Positions 1 through 12,362 of a stretch of 64,000 bases of DNA are shown piece after piece; position 1 is the stretch's first letter; every line of letters starts with the position of its first letter. A program made the translations under genes and the position numbers. The DNA comes from Podospora anserina. Its lineage: Eukaryota. The stretch spans positions 372,001 through 436,000 of the forward strand of contig CM030338.1 in NCBI GenBank assembly GCA_017654855.1. The letters are read 5' to 3'. The notes below the pieces were generated by a model, which saw only the letters and a program-made list of their open reading frames with translations, was not told the origin of the DNA and searched no databases.

Positions 1-233
1 GTGCAGCCAAGGCGGCCTCCAATATGACGGAGCACCAAAGAACAGTCGGTTGAACTGCATGTGCATCAATGCCGCTGGTCAGCAAGACTGGAGTGAGCTT
101 GAGCTGAGTAAAGGGTTCCTCGATTGATGACATTCCAATGGAGACTTGCAAACTGACCATGTGATCAGACAATTTCGTTTCCAATGAGGATGGACATCTA
201 TGGTGCTTTGGCCATTGGGCCCCCGAATACTGA
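1..233 (+). CDS. 3' end of a CVNH (cyanovirin-N homology)-like protein; 5' part lies outside the window
   Basis: Manual translation: ...RLNCMCINAAGQQDWSELEL | intron 108-168 (GTAAAG..CAG) | NNFVSNEDGHLWCFGHWAPEY*. Matches the CVNH pattern L-x-C-x-C...S-x-L/I-x-L...N-x-D-G-x-L-x-C. Not in the ORF track. Confidence 0.6.
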
Positions 234-556
234 GGTGCAAGGGGAAAAGTGATGGAAAGGGCCGGGGTAATGTGTTATTGTGCTAATGTGCAAATGTGGT
301 AAAGTGGTAAAAGGGTAAGGGAGCCAACAGCTCCACATGTTGTCGTTGCAGGAAAGAACGGTGTGCATGGGGAAAGAGCATTTGTGGAAGACACCATATA
401 GGGAAAGAGCCAAAGGAGAAAGAGCCAAAATGGGAAGGGACGACGGTGGGTAAGGTCAGACAATGGAAAGAGCAACCCTGGGAACGAGAAAGGATGAGAA
501 GGAGCAAGAGATAGTTAGGAAGGAGCAAGAGAAGGTATATTCCATGACACCGCCTC

Positions 557-2107
557 TCATCGCTCTCTCCTCGCAACGTAACAGGGCCAGTCCTTTGGAA
601 CAACGGTAAAGTAGGCTTTCCACCTCCACTCCTTGGCTTTGTCAACCTGCACAAAATCATAATCCCTGACCAAAGTCGCACATGTCTTGCTGAGCTCAAT
701 CTTTGCAAGATTCTGACCAGGACACGAGGCGTACCCAAAACCCCAAGGCACAAAGTATTTTTCCAACCTCACCGCGTCAGGAGTGAGCCATCTGTCAGGG
801 TTAAACATCCTGGCATCCTCCCCCCAGATCTCCTTACTGTGGTGAATCACCCACACGTTCACGGACACGGTGGTGCCGCCAGGAATGCGTCTGTCTCCAA
901 TCACCAAGGGGGTTCCTTTCGGCACCACTCTCGGCAACCCCATCGACGCAGGACCAAACACTCTCAACGCCTCTTTGATGCACGCTTGCAAGAACGGCAA
1001 ATGCTGGGCGTCCGCAAATGACACTGATCTACCACCGACAGTCCCAACCTTGGCAGCATCAATCTCCCTCCTGCATCTTGCCCACGCAGTGGGGTGTCGA
1101 ATCATGTAGTACACAAACGCCTGCAGCCCCGTCGCCACCGTCTCATTCCCCGCAGCCGCAGCGTTGAACGCCGCCGAGTGTATCTCATGCATCTCCATCT
1201 TGCCCTTGCTCTTCTCCAGCATGTGGAGCCAGTGCGCCAAGGCATCAAACTTCTCCACGTTGGGATTCTCCTGCCGCTCTTCGATCGCCGTCATGGCCGT
1301 GTCGATAAGGTGCCCCCACGGTGTCACTCCCAGCCAGGTGATGAATCTGTTGCTGAGAAACAGCACATGAAACCAGCGGAAGAACCCGGCGATGGAGACA
1401 TAGGCCGCTTGAGGGTGTGTGTTGGCGATGGTGTTGTTGATGTCTTTGCCCTCTCTCAGAAAGCCGAACTGCTTGGAAAAGATGACCTCGCCGATGACGT
1501 CCGAGGTGGCAAAGGTGAAGAACTTGTCGAGATCGATGGGCTTCTTGGAAGAGCTGAACTTGTCGAGCCAGTCAAAGAGGAGCTCGAGGGTGTTGCCGAT
1601 GGCTTCTTCGGAGCGGAGAAGGTTGGGAAGGGTGTATGCTGGGGCGAGATGGCGAGACAGTTCGTTTTTGACGGCAGGATCAGTAGCTGACATGGGGTTT
1701 TGGAAACGCCCATCGGGGAAGGCAATCACTTTGTACCAAGGGGCTTTGTGTAGAAAAGGAGAAGCGAGGACTTTCTTGATCGCGTCAGGATGGCTGATGC
1801 TGACTTCATTCGGAGCGATACGGACAAAGTGACCTTCAGATATCTATCAGCTGTTTGCTTTTTGTACAGCCAGTAGTGCGGAACACCCACCATGCTTGTC
1901 ATGCAGCCTGATGAGCTCTAAGTTTTGGTCGCCCTTGAGAATGTGAAGGACGTGCCATATTCTGGTGAAGCTGGCCGTGAATGGGCCGGGAATATCGCTG
2001 ATTGGAGAGCAGTATCGCCGCCAGAAGAGCAATGTGAGGAGCAGAGTACCAACCAGACTGGCCAACTGAGAGAGGCTCAGGCCCAAAAGGGCGAATAACC
2101 CTGTCAT
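557..2107 (-). CDS. Cytochrome P450 (pisatin-demethylase-like group), 2 exons
   Basis: N-terminal membrane anchor plus IPGP hinge in exon 1 (ATG 2107), intron ~1836-1890, I-helix AGNET, EALR (ExxR), PDRW, heme motif WGFGYASCPG. Confidence 0.93.
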
Positions 2108-2514
2108 GTTCGACGTCACTTCAGAATACGCCCCGATGCTCTGGAACTGTGGCTGGCACAGGAATGCAGTAGGATGTCGGTAACACTCGGACTTGGGGAA
2201 GCCAAAGTGAGAGAAATCCTCTTGCAAGAATTTCCCCTCTTTTTGACCAACAGTGAGATCGCTTGTGGGCTTGCAGAGAACTTGTGATGGCAGGGGTGAG
2301 ATTCCCCCTCTGTCGGCGGGGCTAAACCGAACAAAAACCGACAGGACGGCCAAGAAATATTCATGGATTCTGAATGGAAGCTTCATCTGCTCGATTTCTT
2401 TGGAGGCATAGCCATAGATATGTGGACTCGAGTCAATACATCAACACAGAAAAGATTGGCAGTGCGTGTTTTTTCTGCTTTTTCAACCCTCTATAATAGA
2501 GGTACTTATCACTC

Positions 2515-4737
2515 TTATCGGTTCTTATCGCCCCTCTTACCCCCTGAAGCCCCCTTTCCGCCCTTTCCTTTCCATGTCTCTTTGATCAAGTCGGCAGCCT
2601 ATAAATGTTTCAACACATGAAATCAGTTTCCGGGCAAGAGGCAATATGTGAATATGAGAGTACCACAAAACCTACCTTCTCCCCAATCACATAAACCGTC
2701 AATTGCGTCGTGCCCCCCGGCAAAATCGGGATAACACTCGCGTCCGCCACCCTCAATCCCCTGGTCCCATACACCCTCAGCTCATCATCCACAACCCCAC
2801 CCAACTCCCTCCTCATCTTGGCCGCCGTCCCAACAGGGTGCCACGCTTGCGGTATGTAGTTCGCCCTGATATACCCCGCCAAATCCTCCCTGCTTGTCAC
2901 CTTGGCGCCCGGCGCCGTCTCGACAGCGCGATATCCCGCTAATGGGCCCTCGGGACCGAAGAAGCGGCGGTAGAACTCGAGGTAGGCGATCATGAGGTCA
3001 GTATCGACGGGGTTGGTCAAGGCGCGGTAGTCGACCACTGGGTCTGGGGCGTCAATGTTGTCGGGGTCGACCGAGACGGTACCGCGGGAGGTGGGGTGGA
3101 AGTTGATGGGGTTGGCGCCGGGGGCGGTACCATACCCGATTACCCAGTGGAGGAAGGAGAGGGAGCCGGGGGCCGAGGAGAGCATTTGCTCCGCGAGGAG
3201 GTTGTTTTGGGCTTTGTAGCCGCGGAGAACGGAGCTGTCTGTGCCTGGTGCTGCGAAAGAAGCTGGATCCTGGCGAGCGAGGGAAGAGGCGATGGCGGGA
3301 AAGGCAGATGGTGCCGCGACGGGGAGTGGAAGATCTGCCACCAGACCTTGACCTTGTCCTTCGCTGGGCGGGAGATGGGTCGAGTTCGAGGTAGGTGGTG
3401 GGGGTGGTTTTGTAAAGTTGAACCGAATAGGGGGTCCGATTGGGTGATCTTGAAAGTTCGCACCCACCCCAGGTAGGCTGACCTTAACAGGGATTTTGGC
3501 CTTCTTTAAGAGCATGCGTGGACCTACTCCGCTCAGTTGCAGAAGCAGAGGCGTATGGATCGCTCCTGTCGATATCACAACTTCTTTGTTGGCCTTCACA
3601 GTAACTCTCTTTTCTGTGTCTGTCAAGATGCACTCGACTCCAGTTGCCGCGTTCTCCTTACCACTCAGGACTATCTTGGTAGCCCGTGCGCTTGTCAAAA
3701 TGTCATAATTTGGCCTGTTCAGACCATCCCAATGGCCAGTTCTCGAATAGGAACGCTGTCGGGTCTTTGGATCCACTGATAATGGATAGTAAAACACTCC
3801 ATGGTTGCCGGCGTGTCCGTCCGCTGGGAATGGAATTCCTGGCGTTTGGATGAGACCGTCGTAAATTGTTTCTATGCACCAATCTCATGTTAGTGTCTGT
3901 CCTACTATGAAGGTGAAGGCCCTTCAATGTTTTAAAAACATACTGATCGCAGGATTAAGACCGCCTGGGAACGATGCGTAGAGGCGGGTGTCATTATACT
4001 GTCCCCAAGCCTGAATGTCATACGTAATGTTGAAGTCCGCGGCAAGTACCGGGTTCGGGGGAACAAAATGGATTGCCTGTTGTCGTCAGTACATGGCACT
4101 CATCTCGTGACGGAAGGTGAAGAGGCTAGGTGCCTTCTTGAAGTAAGGGAGCAATTCTTTCCAGCTCCAATTCGAGCCATTGTTTCCCAACTGATCCCAG
4201 ATGCCATAGTCCTTTACAGTGCCACGCATCACAGCCATACCGTTGACAGCTGAGCTGCCGCCCACGCCAAAGCCCATGCCCAGCGGTATGGTTCTGTTGT
4301 TTAGACCTATTTGTGGAACAGACGTGAGATTGTACAAATGCGCAGTTTGACGGTCGCCATTGGGGTCGGATGGATTCCCTTCCAATGCAAGTCAGTACTC
4401 CCGAACAAGTAAATGAAAATGAAGTTGGCAACCTACAGAACCTTCCATGTTCGATCACCAGGACAGAGTCTGTTTACAATGAATTAGCATTTTGACACAT
4501 AAAGCAAGGTATCCGACGCGTACATTCTGGCAGCTCAGTCAGACGATCTGCAATTGTAAGGCCAGCGGTTCCAGCCCCAACTACGATGTAGTCGTATGAA
4601 TCTCTTAGTTCTTCGGGAGTTTGAACATGCCTCGCCCTGAGCACCGAGTCTGGGACCGCCACTGCAACAGGCAGGATCCTCGTTATCAGGGAAAGGGCAG
4701 CCACGACAAGAGAGATGTTGAATTTACGTGCCATCAT
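2515..4737 (-). CDS. Secreted GMC (glucose-methanol-choline) oxidoreductase, multi-exon
   Basis: Signal peptide, YDYIVVGAGTAG FAD-binding motif, GGSSAVNGM, GAIHTPLLLQLSGVG, GANFQDH, WHPVGTA, LRVADAS. A final exon AADLIKETW...* follows an intron at ~2599-2675. Confidence 0.92.
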
Positions 4738-5210
4738 CACTGACCGTACGAAAGCAACATAGTTGAAGACACGATTTAGACAGAACAACGCAAAGGACTT
4801 GGGCGGGGTCATGATTTGAACTTGACTTACCTGACCTTGTTTCATTGCCAAGAGACAGCTGCGTCGGTGCAAGAGACGTAATGATTGTAGGTGACACAAG
4901 ATGCGAGTAAGACGCCCAAATTACCATTCCTCCAATTAGTTGCTAGTATTGCTGTGTCTAATGCATCCATTGTCACGTTGGCTGCATGTGGACCGTGAAG
5001 GATTCAAGCTCTACCGGCATACATCACCACAATACCCCTGAACAACTACCACTATTGGTAGAGTAATTAATGCAACGAAGTGAAACGACAGGCAAGAGCG
5101 AACTCAGTTCCATGATATTAACACTAGGTATCACCACCGACTCCCACAAAACTCCTTACTATCGTACAACTTGGTTGGCAAACTCTTGCAGAAAAGGAAA
5201 ACGGAGAAAT

Positions 5211-7536
5211 CTAGTAGGCCACCTGGCTGTGGAGGCCATCCAGCTCTCTGGCCCAGCACCTGTGCTGGGCAATGTTGTGGAAGAACTTCTCCATAAAACC
5301 AGCACCGGCCTTGACGATGTCCACCGCCTCACTCAAGCTTCCTGGCTTGGTCTCACGCATAGTCACGACACCATAGCTGTCCTGGACCTCGGCACTCTCC
5401 GAGACACTAACAGCTGGCAGGCCGATGGCCTTGTTGACCAAGTCGACAGCTTCGCCTGTGGCTCCAATAGCCTTGAGATGACCAAAGGCCTCCCTGATCC
5501 AATGCAGAGCTCTGCCGTTCTTGGACAGAGCGCGAATGGAATCAACACCGCCGGGAATGAAGATGGCGTCCACCATGGTGGAGCGGAAGCCTTCCAAGTG
5601 ATGATGAGGTGTGGTGCTACCAGCTCCACCGGCGGCAACAATCTTGCTTCTCTTGGTTCCGATAACCAATGGGATGGCCAAGCCAGCCGAGATAGCAGCG
5701 TACGCAGCTGAGTAGGCGACCTGATCGTACCCATCGGCAACCAAGATGGCGATTCTCCGGGACGCAATGGTAGGCTTTGATCCGGGGAACTCTGTTTGGC
5801 TCAAGCCTGGTGCCTTGCGGCCGTGGTTGGGACGGCTGGCCTCCTTGGGGGGCTCACCACCAACCATCTCGGCGACTGTCTGGGCGAGACCCAAGTCGAT
5901 ATCGGCCAATCGCGTCACCATGCGCTCGTACACGACAGGATCCTCACAGTGGTCAAGCTCGAATCCGAGGGCGTTGATGATGTGGTTCTTCTCAACCGCC
6001 GACATACTGTTCCAGAACAGTTGCGCCTGAGCAAAATGCTCCTTGAACTTGGCACTGCGGGCGCGGGCCTTGATGCCGGCAACCTTCTCAGCGTATTCAA
6101 CATACCCGCCTTCCTCGTGAGTAGCAGGCTTGACCTTCTCAAACCGGTTGGGCCAGTAGTTGACGGTGCCTTTGGTGATGGTGTGGCGCATAGCACCATC
6201 GCGGTTGAAGTTCATGACGGGGCATACTGGGCGGTTGATGGGAAGCTCCTGCCAGTTGATACCCAGACGGCTCAATTGTGTATCGAAATAGCTGAAGTTG
6301 CGGCCTTGGAGAAGAGGGTCATCGGAGAAGCCAATACCGGGGACGATGTGGCTTGTGCAGAATGCAACCTGCTCAGTCTGTGGGAAGAACTCGTCTGGGT
6401 TGCGGTTGAGCTCGAACTCGCCAATGTAACGCACAGGTACCAGATCCTCGGGCCAGATCTTGGTAGCATCCAAAATGTCGAAGTCGAACTTGTGCTCATC
6501 AGCTTCAGGGATCACCTGAATACCGAACTTCCACTTGGGGAAGACACCGTTCTCGATGGCCTCCCACAGGTCCTTGCGGTGGAAGTCTGGATCCTGGCCG
6601 GCAAGCTTGAGGGCCTCGTCCCAAATAAGAGAGTGCACGCCGAGTTCCGGGGTGAAGATGAACTTGACAAAGTGACGCTCTCCCTTGGCGTTGATGAGCG
6701 TGAAGGTGTTGACGCCAAATCCTTGCATCATGCGGTACGAACGAGGAATACCTCTGTCGCTCATCTAACGGGCCCGGCATGTTAGCTCTCCAGTCACGTC
6801 AACAGAGCCATCAGGTCACAACTTACCGCCCACATGAACATGTGCGTCGCCTCGGTGTGGTTGTACTGGAAATCCCAGAAGTTGTTATGGGCTGTCTGGG
6901 CTTGGGGAACCTCGTTGTGTGGCTCGGGTTTGCCAGCATGGATGACATCGGGAAACTTGATGGCGTCCTGAATGAAGAACACGGGAATATTGTTGGCGAC
7001 AATATCCCAGTTTCCTTCCTGTGTGTAGAACTTGATCGCAAAACCTCGCACATCGCGAACGGTATCAGCGCTGCCACGGCTACCGAGCACTGTCGAAAAC
7101 CGGATAAAAATGGGCGTCTCGCGCGATGTGTCGGTAAGGATTGGAGCAAAAGTGACATCCTCGGCACTCTCGAAGAGCTTGAACTTGCCGAAGGCACCGC
7201 TGCCACGGGCATGGACGACGCGCTCTGGGATTCTTTCGTGGTCGAACCTGTGGATCTGTCCAGGTGTCAGTTGTGAGTTGGCAAGAAGTGAGCCATAAAA
7301 AAACATACTCTCTCGCGAGCAAAGGGGTCTTCCAACAGCATGGGACCAGTCTTGTCGTTGTTGACGATCTTGAGCCAGTCATCGGCAGAGGTCTGCTTGA
7401 CACCATAGTCTGTTGTGAGGCGGGCCTTGTCTGACATCTCCTTGGTCTCCTTCTGAAGGTCGGCGACCTTGTCACCCCCTCGGGGCCCAAGAACGGCGTG
7501 CTGTACTTTCTCCATGGAGGGCAAATAACTGGCCAT
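5211..7536 (-). CDS. catA: Large-subunit monofunctional catalase with C-terminal DJ-1/flavodoxin-like domain (CatA type, no signal peptide)
   Basis: [15 protein letters not shown] active-site motif, [30 protein letters not shown] heme-ligand motif, C-terminal IFIPGG...HLKAIGA domain. Two GT-AG introns join the three ORF segments. Confidence 0.95.
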
Positions 7537-8187
7537 ACAACGTGTTGGTCGAGCTGGAGTTGTGTGCAATTGGTGGGCGAGGGTACTGAGAGTTGGTGCT
7601 CGGTAGCGCTGATAGGATTCGGGATGGAAAATAGAATCAGTATACTACAAGAATTCCATTGATAGAAACAATGGCATCTGGGGAAGCTGCTATAAAGGTG
7701 CGGTTTGGGGCAGCCGGCACTTCAATGTCCATGACGTCAAAGAAGACGGAGGACCAGTCGCGTCAGCGGGGTATTCACCCCGGTGGGAGATTGCAATGGC
7801 CATGATTGGATGCATGCTCTGGCATTCCCATCTGAAAACATCTCGATGAGCCTCCCAGTCACGATCGTCCCGACTTTATTGCTCATCCAGAGCTTGTTGC
7901 ACTTGCTGCAAATGGTCAAATGTGGATGCAAAGCCGCGACTTCAGAGTCTCTGATGTCATGCAGCCCAAATAGCTCCGTCTGGCCTTGATTGGCCAACCA
8001 AGCACAACCCTGATGCCCTGGAACCCCCGCCCCCACCTTCTAAGAAGCCAAGATCACACCCGAAAGGGAATTTCATTTTGAAGTCCAGGCAACATCCATT
8101 AGAGATTAACCGTTTGTTCATTATTACATGCATGGACATAAACTTCTAAAATAACGCCCTTGAAGTATACAGCCCCCCTCAACTCAC

Positions 8188-8427
8188 TTAGCAACGTCTT
8201 CCATACCCTCCATAACCACCATGATGTCGCCCGCCCATCCTCGGCCCTGAACCCATCATGACAGGCCCATGTCTTCTTCGACCGCCCCCCATCATTCCAC
8301 CAAACCCTCCTCCGCCGCCATAACCATGTCCTCCCCCGCAGCCGTTTTGGACTACCACTGGTCTGGGTCCTGCGCCATAGGCACCCCCGTAGCGACGGGA
8401 TGATTTAGATCCGAAACCGAAGCACAT
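8188..8427 (-). CDS. Small Gly/Arg-rich hypothetical protein (79 aa)
   Basis: ATG in a good context (AACACC ATG), coherent low-complexity G/Y/R/M composition, N-terminal MCFG. Confidence 0.55.
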   Translation of the reverse strand: MCFGFGSKSSRRYGGAYGAGPRPVVVQNGCGGGHGYGGGGGFGGMMGGGRRRHGPVMMGSGPRMGGRHHGGYGGYGRRC

Positions 8428-8945
8428 GGTGTTTTGACTTGTGAATGTTGCAGCTTAAGGTAAGTATGCTGACAGTTGGTGGTCTGATGTTGACTTGTGG
8501 CAGTAGACGTTGATGTGTGTTTTGAATTCTGGTCTTTGATCTTTTGGATGGAAATCGTGTGCGTGACAACTTGGTTGAGGTTGAATGTTCTGTGATGAGC
8601 CCGTTGATGTGTTTGATGAGAACCTTCAACTGTTCATGTCTTGACAGACTTTATATCCCCAAGTCTTCAGCGTTTGTCTGGCTGGCGTCGTCATCGCTTC
8701 AACCATATCTCAAGAGTCAGATGGTGAGGACGCAAGCCAAGCTAAACTGTTATCACTCTCAACTTGGCATGATGTCAGTCCAGCCTTTGAGCCTCTGTGA
8801 GATAGCGAATGCCAGCTTCGAAATGTGGGGTTCAGGGTGAAACAAGCTTCACGCTCGTCCCGGTAGGGACTTGGGACGCGACGACAAAGCCGACAAACCA
8901 AGGAGAACCAATCGCCACCCTTGCCGAATTCCGGTCTATTCGTGT

Positions 8946-10042
8946 CTATTTCGTTTTATCACCGGATGCAAGTGCCGTTGCCAACAGCTGGTCGGTAACC
9001 AACTTAGCCTTGTGCGCGAAGCCCATCAAGTCATCACCATACTTTTCTTTAAACTTGCCATCAAACACCTCTACACTGACCCAGCCCCTAAAACCTGTTC
9101 TGAGCACTGCTTCTGCGAACTCCACGATTGGGAGGTATCCCCCGTCATATCTTTGGTTCTCAATCAGCTCCAGTACACGCCAAGTGTTGAGTCGTGGAAC
9201 GGAACTTACGGCAGGGGTCTCCAGTCGTGGCTCCATCTCCCTCTAGGTCTCAGGCCTTGTTCTACCACATCTGCCAGCGGCTCATCCATCTTGTATGCGT
9301 CACTTATCTGCAGGAAATAGATCTTATCTGACGGGACCGTGCGCGACAGCTCTTCAAGACTGTCCTTATACCGCACGGTGAGGTCTGCAGCCGAGACCCC
9401 TTCAATGAGACGTGACGCTGTAGTTGGATCTCCCCATTCCCCACCAGCTGTCTGGAATGTATCTAGACACAGTCCAATGTTGGGCCGATCAACCATCTTG
9501 ACAATTTCCCAAACCTCCTTCCATGTGGGAGCCCGTGTTGCCCAGCACCAATTCTCATAAGCAAGTTTGAAGCCGTGTGGTGCAAGCATATCGGCCAGCT
9601 CCCGGAGGTCCGCTGCCAGATCCGAAAAGGAGGATGAGATGCCCGCCGAGTCGGACGAACCAACTTGGAGCATGTCAATGCCTGTGGCATCCATGATTCT
9701 GATCCAGCCTTTCGCGCGAGCAAACGCGTCCTGACGCTCACGGCTTCCAGCGGGCCAGCCTTCAAAGTTTGCAAAGGGTTGGAGGACCATGATGACAAGT
9801 TCGTGGCGGCTGCAGAGATCCTTTACTGCCTTTGCTGCCTCACAGAGGGTACCGTAATCGTCCTCGGCGACATCGCGGCCAAAGTGCAGCGTAGCGTATG
9901 AGAGCAAGTCTGGGAAGGAGAGTTCTATGCCTTGAAAGCCGGCTGCGCGGATGGCTTCGATCTTTTGGTGCAGTGTGTGTTTTGGCAAGCCGATGGAGCA
10001 TGATGCGAAGGCGAGGGGAACCTGTGTTGTCGACATCGTCAT
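8946..10042 (-). CDS. Xylose-isomerase-like TIM-barrel protein (3-dehydroshikimate dehydratase/qa-4-like), 2 exons
   Basis: AGFQGIEL, LQPFANFEGW, LAYENWCW, GLCLDTFQ, LQISDA, GWVSVEVF motifs. Intron ~9151-9209 (GTAAGT..AAAG) joins the two ORFs in frame (RPLP|YDGGYLP). Confidence 0.85.
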
Positions 10043-10384
10043 TCGTTCGGATACTTGGGCGGGATTTCGATATTGGGCGAACAGAGGTGGTAAAGTGAGG
10101 CCACAAAATCACCTTTTAGGAGACTTTCGAGAAAGTCGTGACTTCGATGATGTCAGCGTTACTCGACACCACCCCACACCATCACCCTTCAACCAATCCC
10201 GACAATTGATCAACAAATGCAAAGAAGAGGTCGAGCCATCATCGAAAAAGATATATCATGAGCATCATCACACAAAATGCCGACTCTAAAGAAACTTGGT
10301 TCATCTCTCGCCATCCCATGACAATGCCGAGCAACTCTCCACCTCACCGACACGGGCAAAGACAGATATTTTGTAAGCATCACC

Positions 10385-11944
10385 ATGGATGTCAACAAAA
10401 TTGGAATGATAGGCACAGGCTCCATGGGGGGCATGATGTCTCTCCTCCCAGCCGACCACAACATCCACGCGCACTTCTACGACCCCGACCGCCCTAACGT
10501 CAAGAAGCTTCTCTCTCAAGCAGCCGGCACAAACCACTCAGACAAAATAACCCATCATGAAGTCCACAAGTCTCTCTGTTCGGCTCTCCCTTCCGACTCC
10601 CCCAAGGTCTTCATATTTTCCATCCCCCACGGTGGAGCCAGATGCCAGCATTTCTGACTTATCCCCGTTCCTCAAGAAGGGCGATATCATCATGGATGCC
10701 TAAAATGAGGACTACCGCGCCACCGAGCGCAGACAGGAGGAGCTCAAGAGGATCGGGGTGCATTACATTGGTATGGGTGTGTCTGGAGCGTACCAGTCCG
10801 CAAGGCAGGGCCCAAATATATCTCCGGGATGAGCTGATCAGGCGCTGGACGTTGTGATGCCATTCCTGGAGAAAATAGCGACAAAGGATGGGAAGAGAAG
10901 ACCATGTGTGAAGAAGCTGGGGCCGGGCGGGACTGGGCACTACGTCAAAATGGTTCACAATGGAATCGAGCACGGGATGATGACGGCGTTTTCTGAGGCT
11001 TGGGAAGTCATGATCACGGGGCTCGGCATGAGTTACGATGAGGTGGGCGACGTCTTCGAAAATGAAACGATAATGGTCCCTTGAGAGGGAACTTTCTGGT
11101 TGACATTGGCGCTCAAGTGTGTAAGATGAAAGGAAAGTGTGGCGAGCATGTACTGGGGGATTTCAATGACAAGGTCATACAGGACCTCGACAATTCCGAG
11201 GGGACTGGGACGTGGGCTGCTGAGGAAGGAATTCGATTGCATGTGGTGCACCCGACGATAGCTCTGTCTCGCATCTTTCGTGCGGCATTGACTGATGCGG
11301 CCAAGAGAGAAAGCATCAAAAAGGCACTGGGCGGAGGTGTTCAGCCAGGCAAAATCAACGGCATTGTGGGTAGGAAGAAGTTCGTGCAGGAGGACGTCCA
11401 GCAGGCGGTGCATGCCTCGTTATTGATGTCTTTCATTCAGGGGCTACACATGCTGTCAAGGGCGAGTCAGGAAAATGGATGGAACATCAACTTCCTAGAT
11501 GTTCTGCAGGTCTGGAGGGCTGGGTGCATCATTCAGAGCGATGGTATTGTTGATTTCCTTGAAGGCGTCTACAAGACCGGCAAGTTGGACCATGATAACC
11601 TACTTGCTTCCACGAGTGTGGCCGAAGAGCTTCAACGAGATTATCCGGGACTTGAAGCAGCGGTATGGCGAGCAATTGAGGCAGACCTTCACGTGCCAGC
11701 GTTGAGCGCCAGCCTAGAATACTTCAAGTACTCAAGCTCCACTAGTCTTCCAAACCAGTTCGGTAGGTTTAATTTTTGATACGTATCTTAACCCATGCTA
11801 ACTAACAGGCGCCTTACGGAGGAAGCCGAATTGGATTACTTTGGGGCTCACATGTTCAACCTCAGGTTCGAGGGTCCAGGAAAGCCCGAGACTGGCAGTC
11901 ATCATTTTGAGTGGAAGGGGGCTAAAGGCAGTCAGGAGACGTAG
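10385..11944 (+). pseudogene. Degenerate 6-phosphogluconate dehydrogenase (decarboxylating)
   Basis: [48 protein letters not shown] motifs. Broken by a frameshift near 10640, in-frame TAA 10701-10703, TGA 10830-10832 and a frameshift near 11062. Confidence 0.88.
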
Positions 11945-12362
11945 TTCCATGTTCAGATCGACCTTGTTCAGTTCATTAAGTGCCGTCAACCAACCTAGTG
12001 ACTTCGCCGCGCCTTGGCCGCTCCTTGGCTGAGCTGAAATATTATCAGACCGAAGTTGGGTCTGAACAGACAATGTTTACAATGGCTGAAGTACGACGAG
12101 AACCGTCGTTATGTAATGTATTGGAATCTATGTACCTACGGTGCCACCTGATGTGACTGATAGGTATTCCATCATTGTTAGAATAACCCGCCGGACAAAG
12201 CTAGTGGACTCGATGAAAGAGCCACTTTGCAGCGGTGAAGAGACTTGACCCTGCAGCTCCATCTTGTGAACTACTTGAGGGCCCTGGGGTGGGTTTGGGC
12301 GGACCCTCTTTGATGAAACCTCGAGTCCTAAACTACATGACACTCAAGCAGGCACTGACGAA

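Noticed and set aside
9151-9209. Apparent frameshift between ORFs 9206-10042 and 8946-9236
   Set aside because: Explained by a canonical GTAAGT...AG intron that restores the frame.
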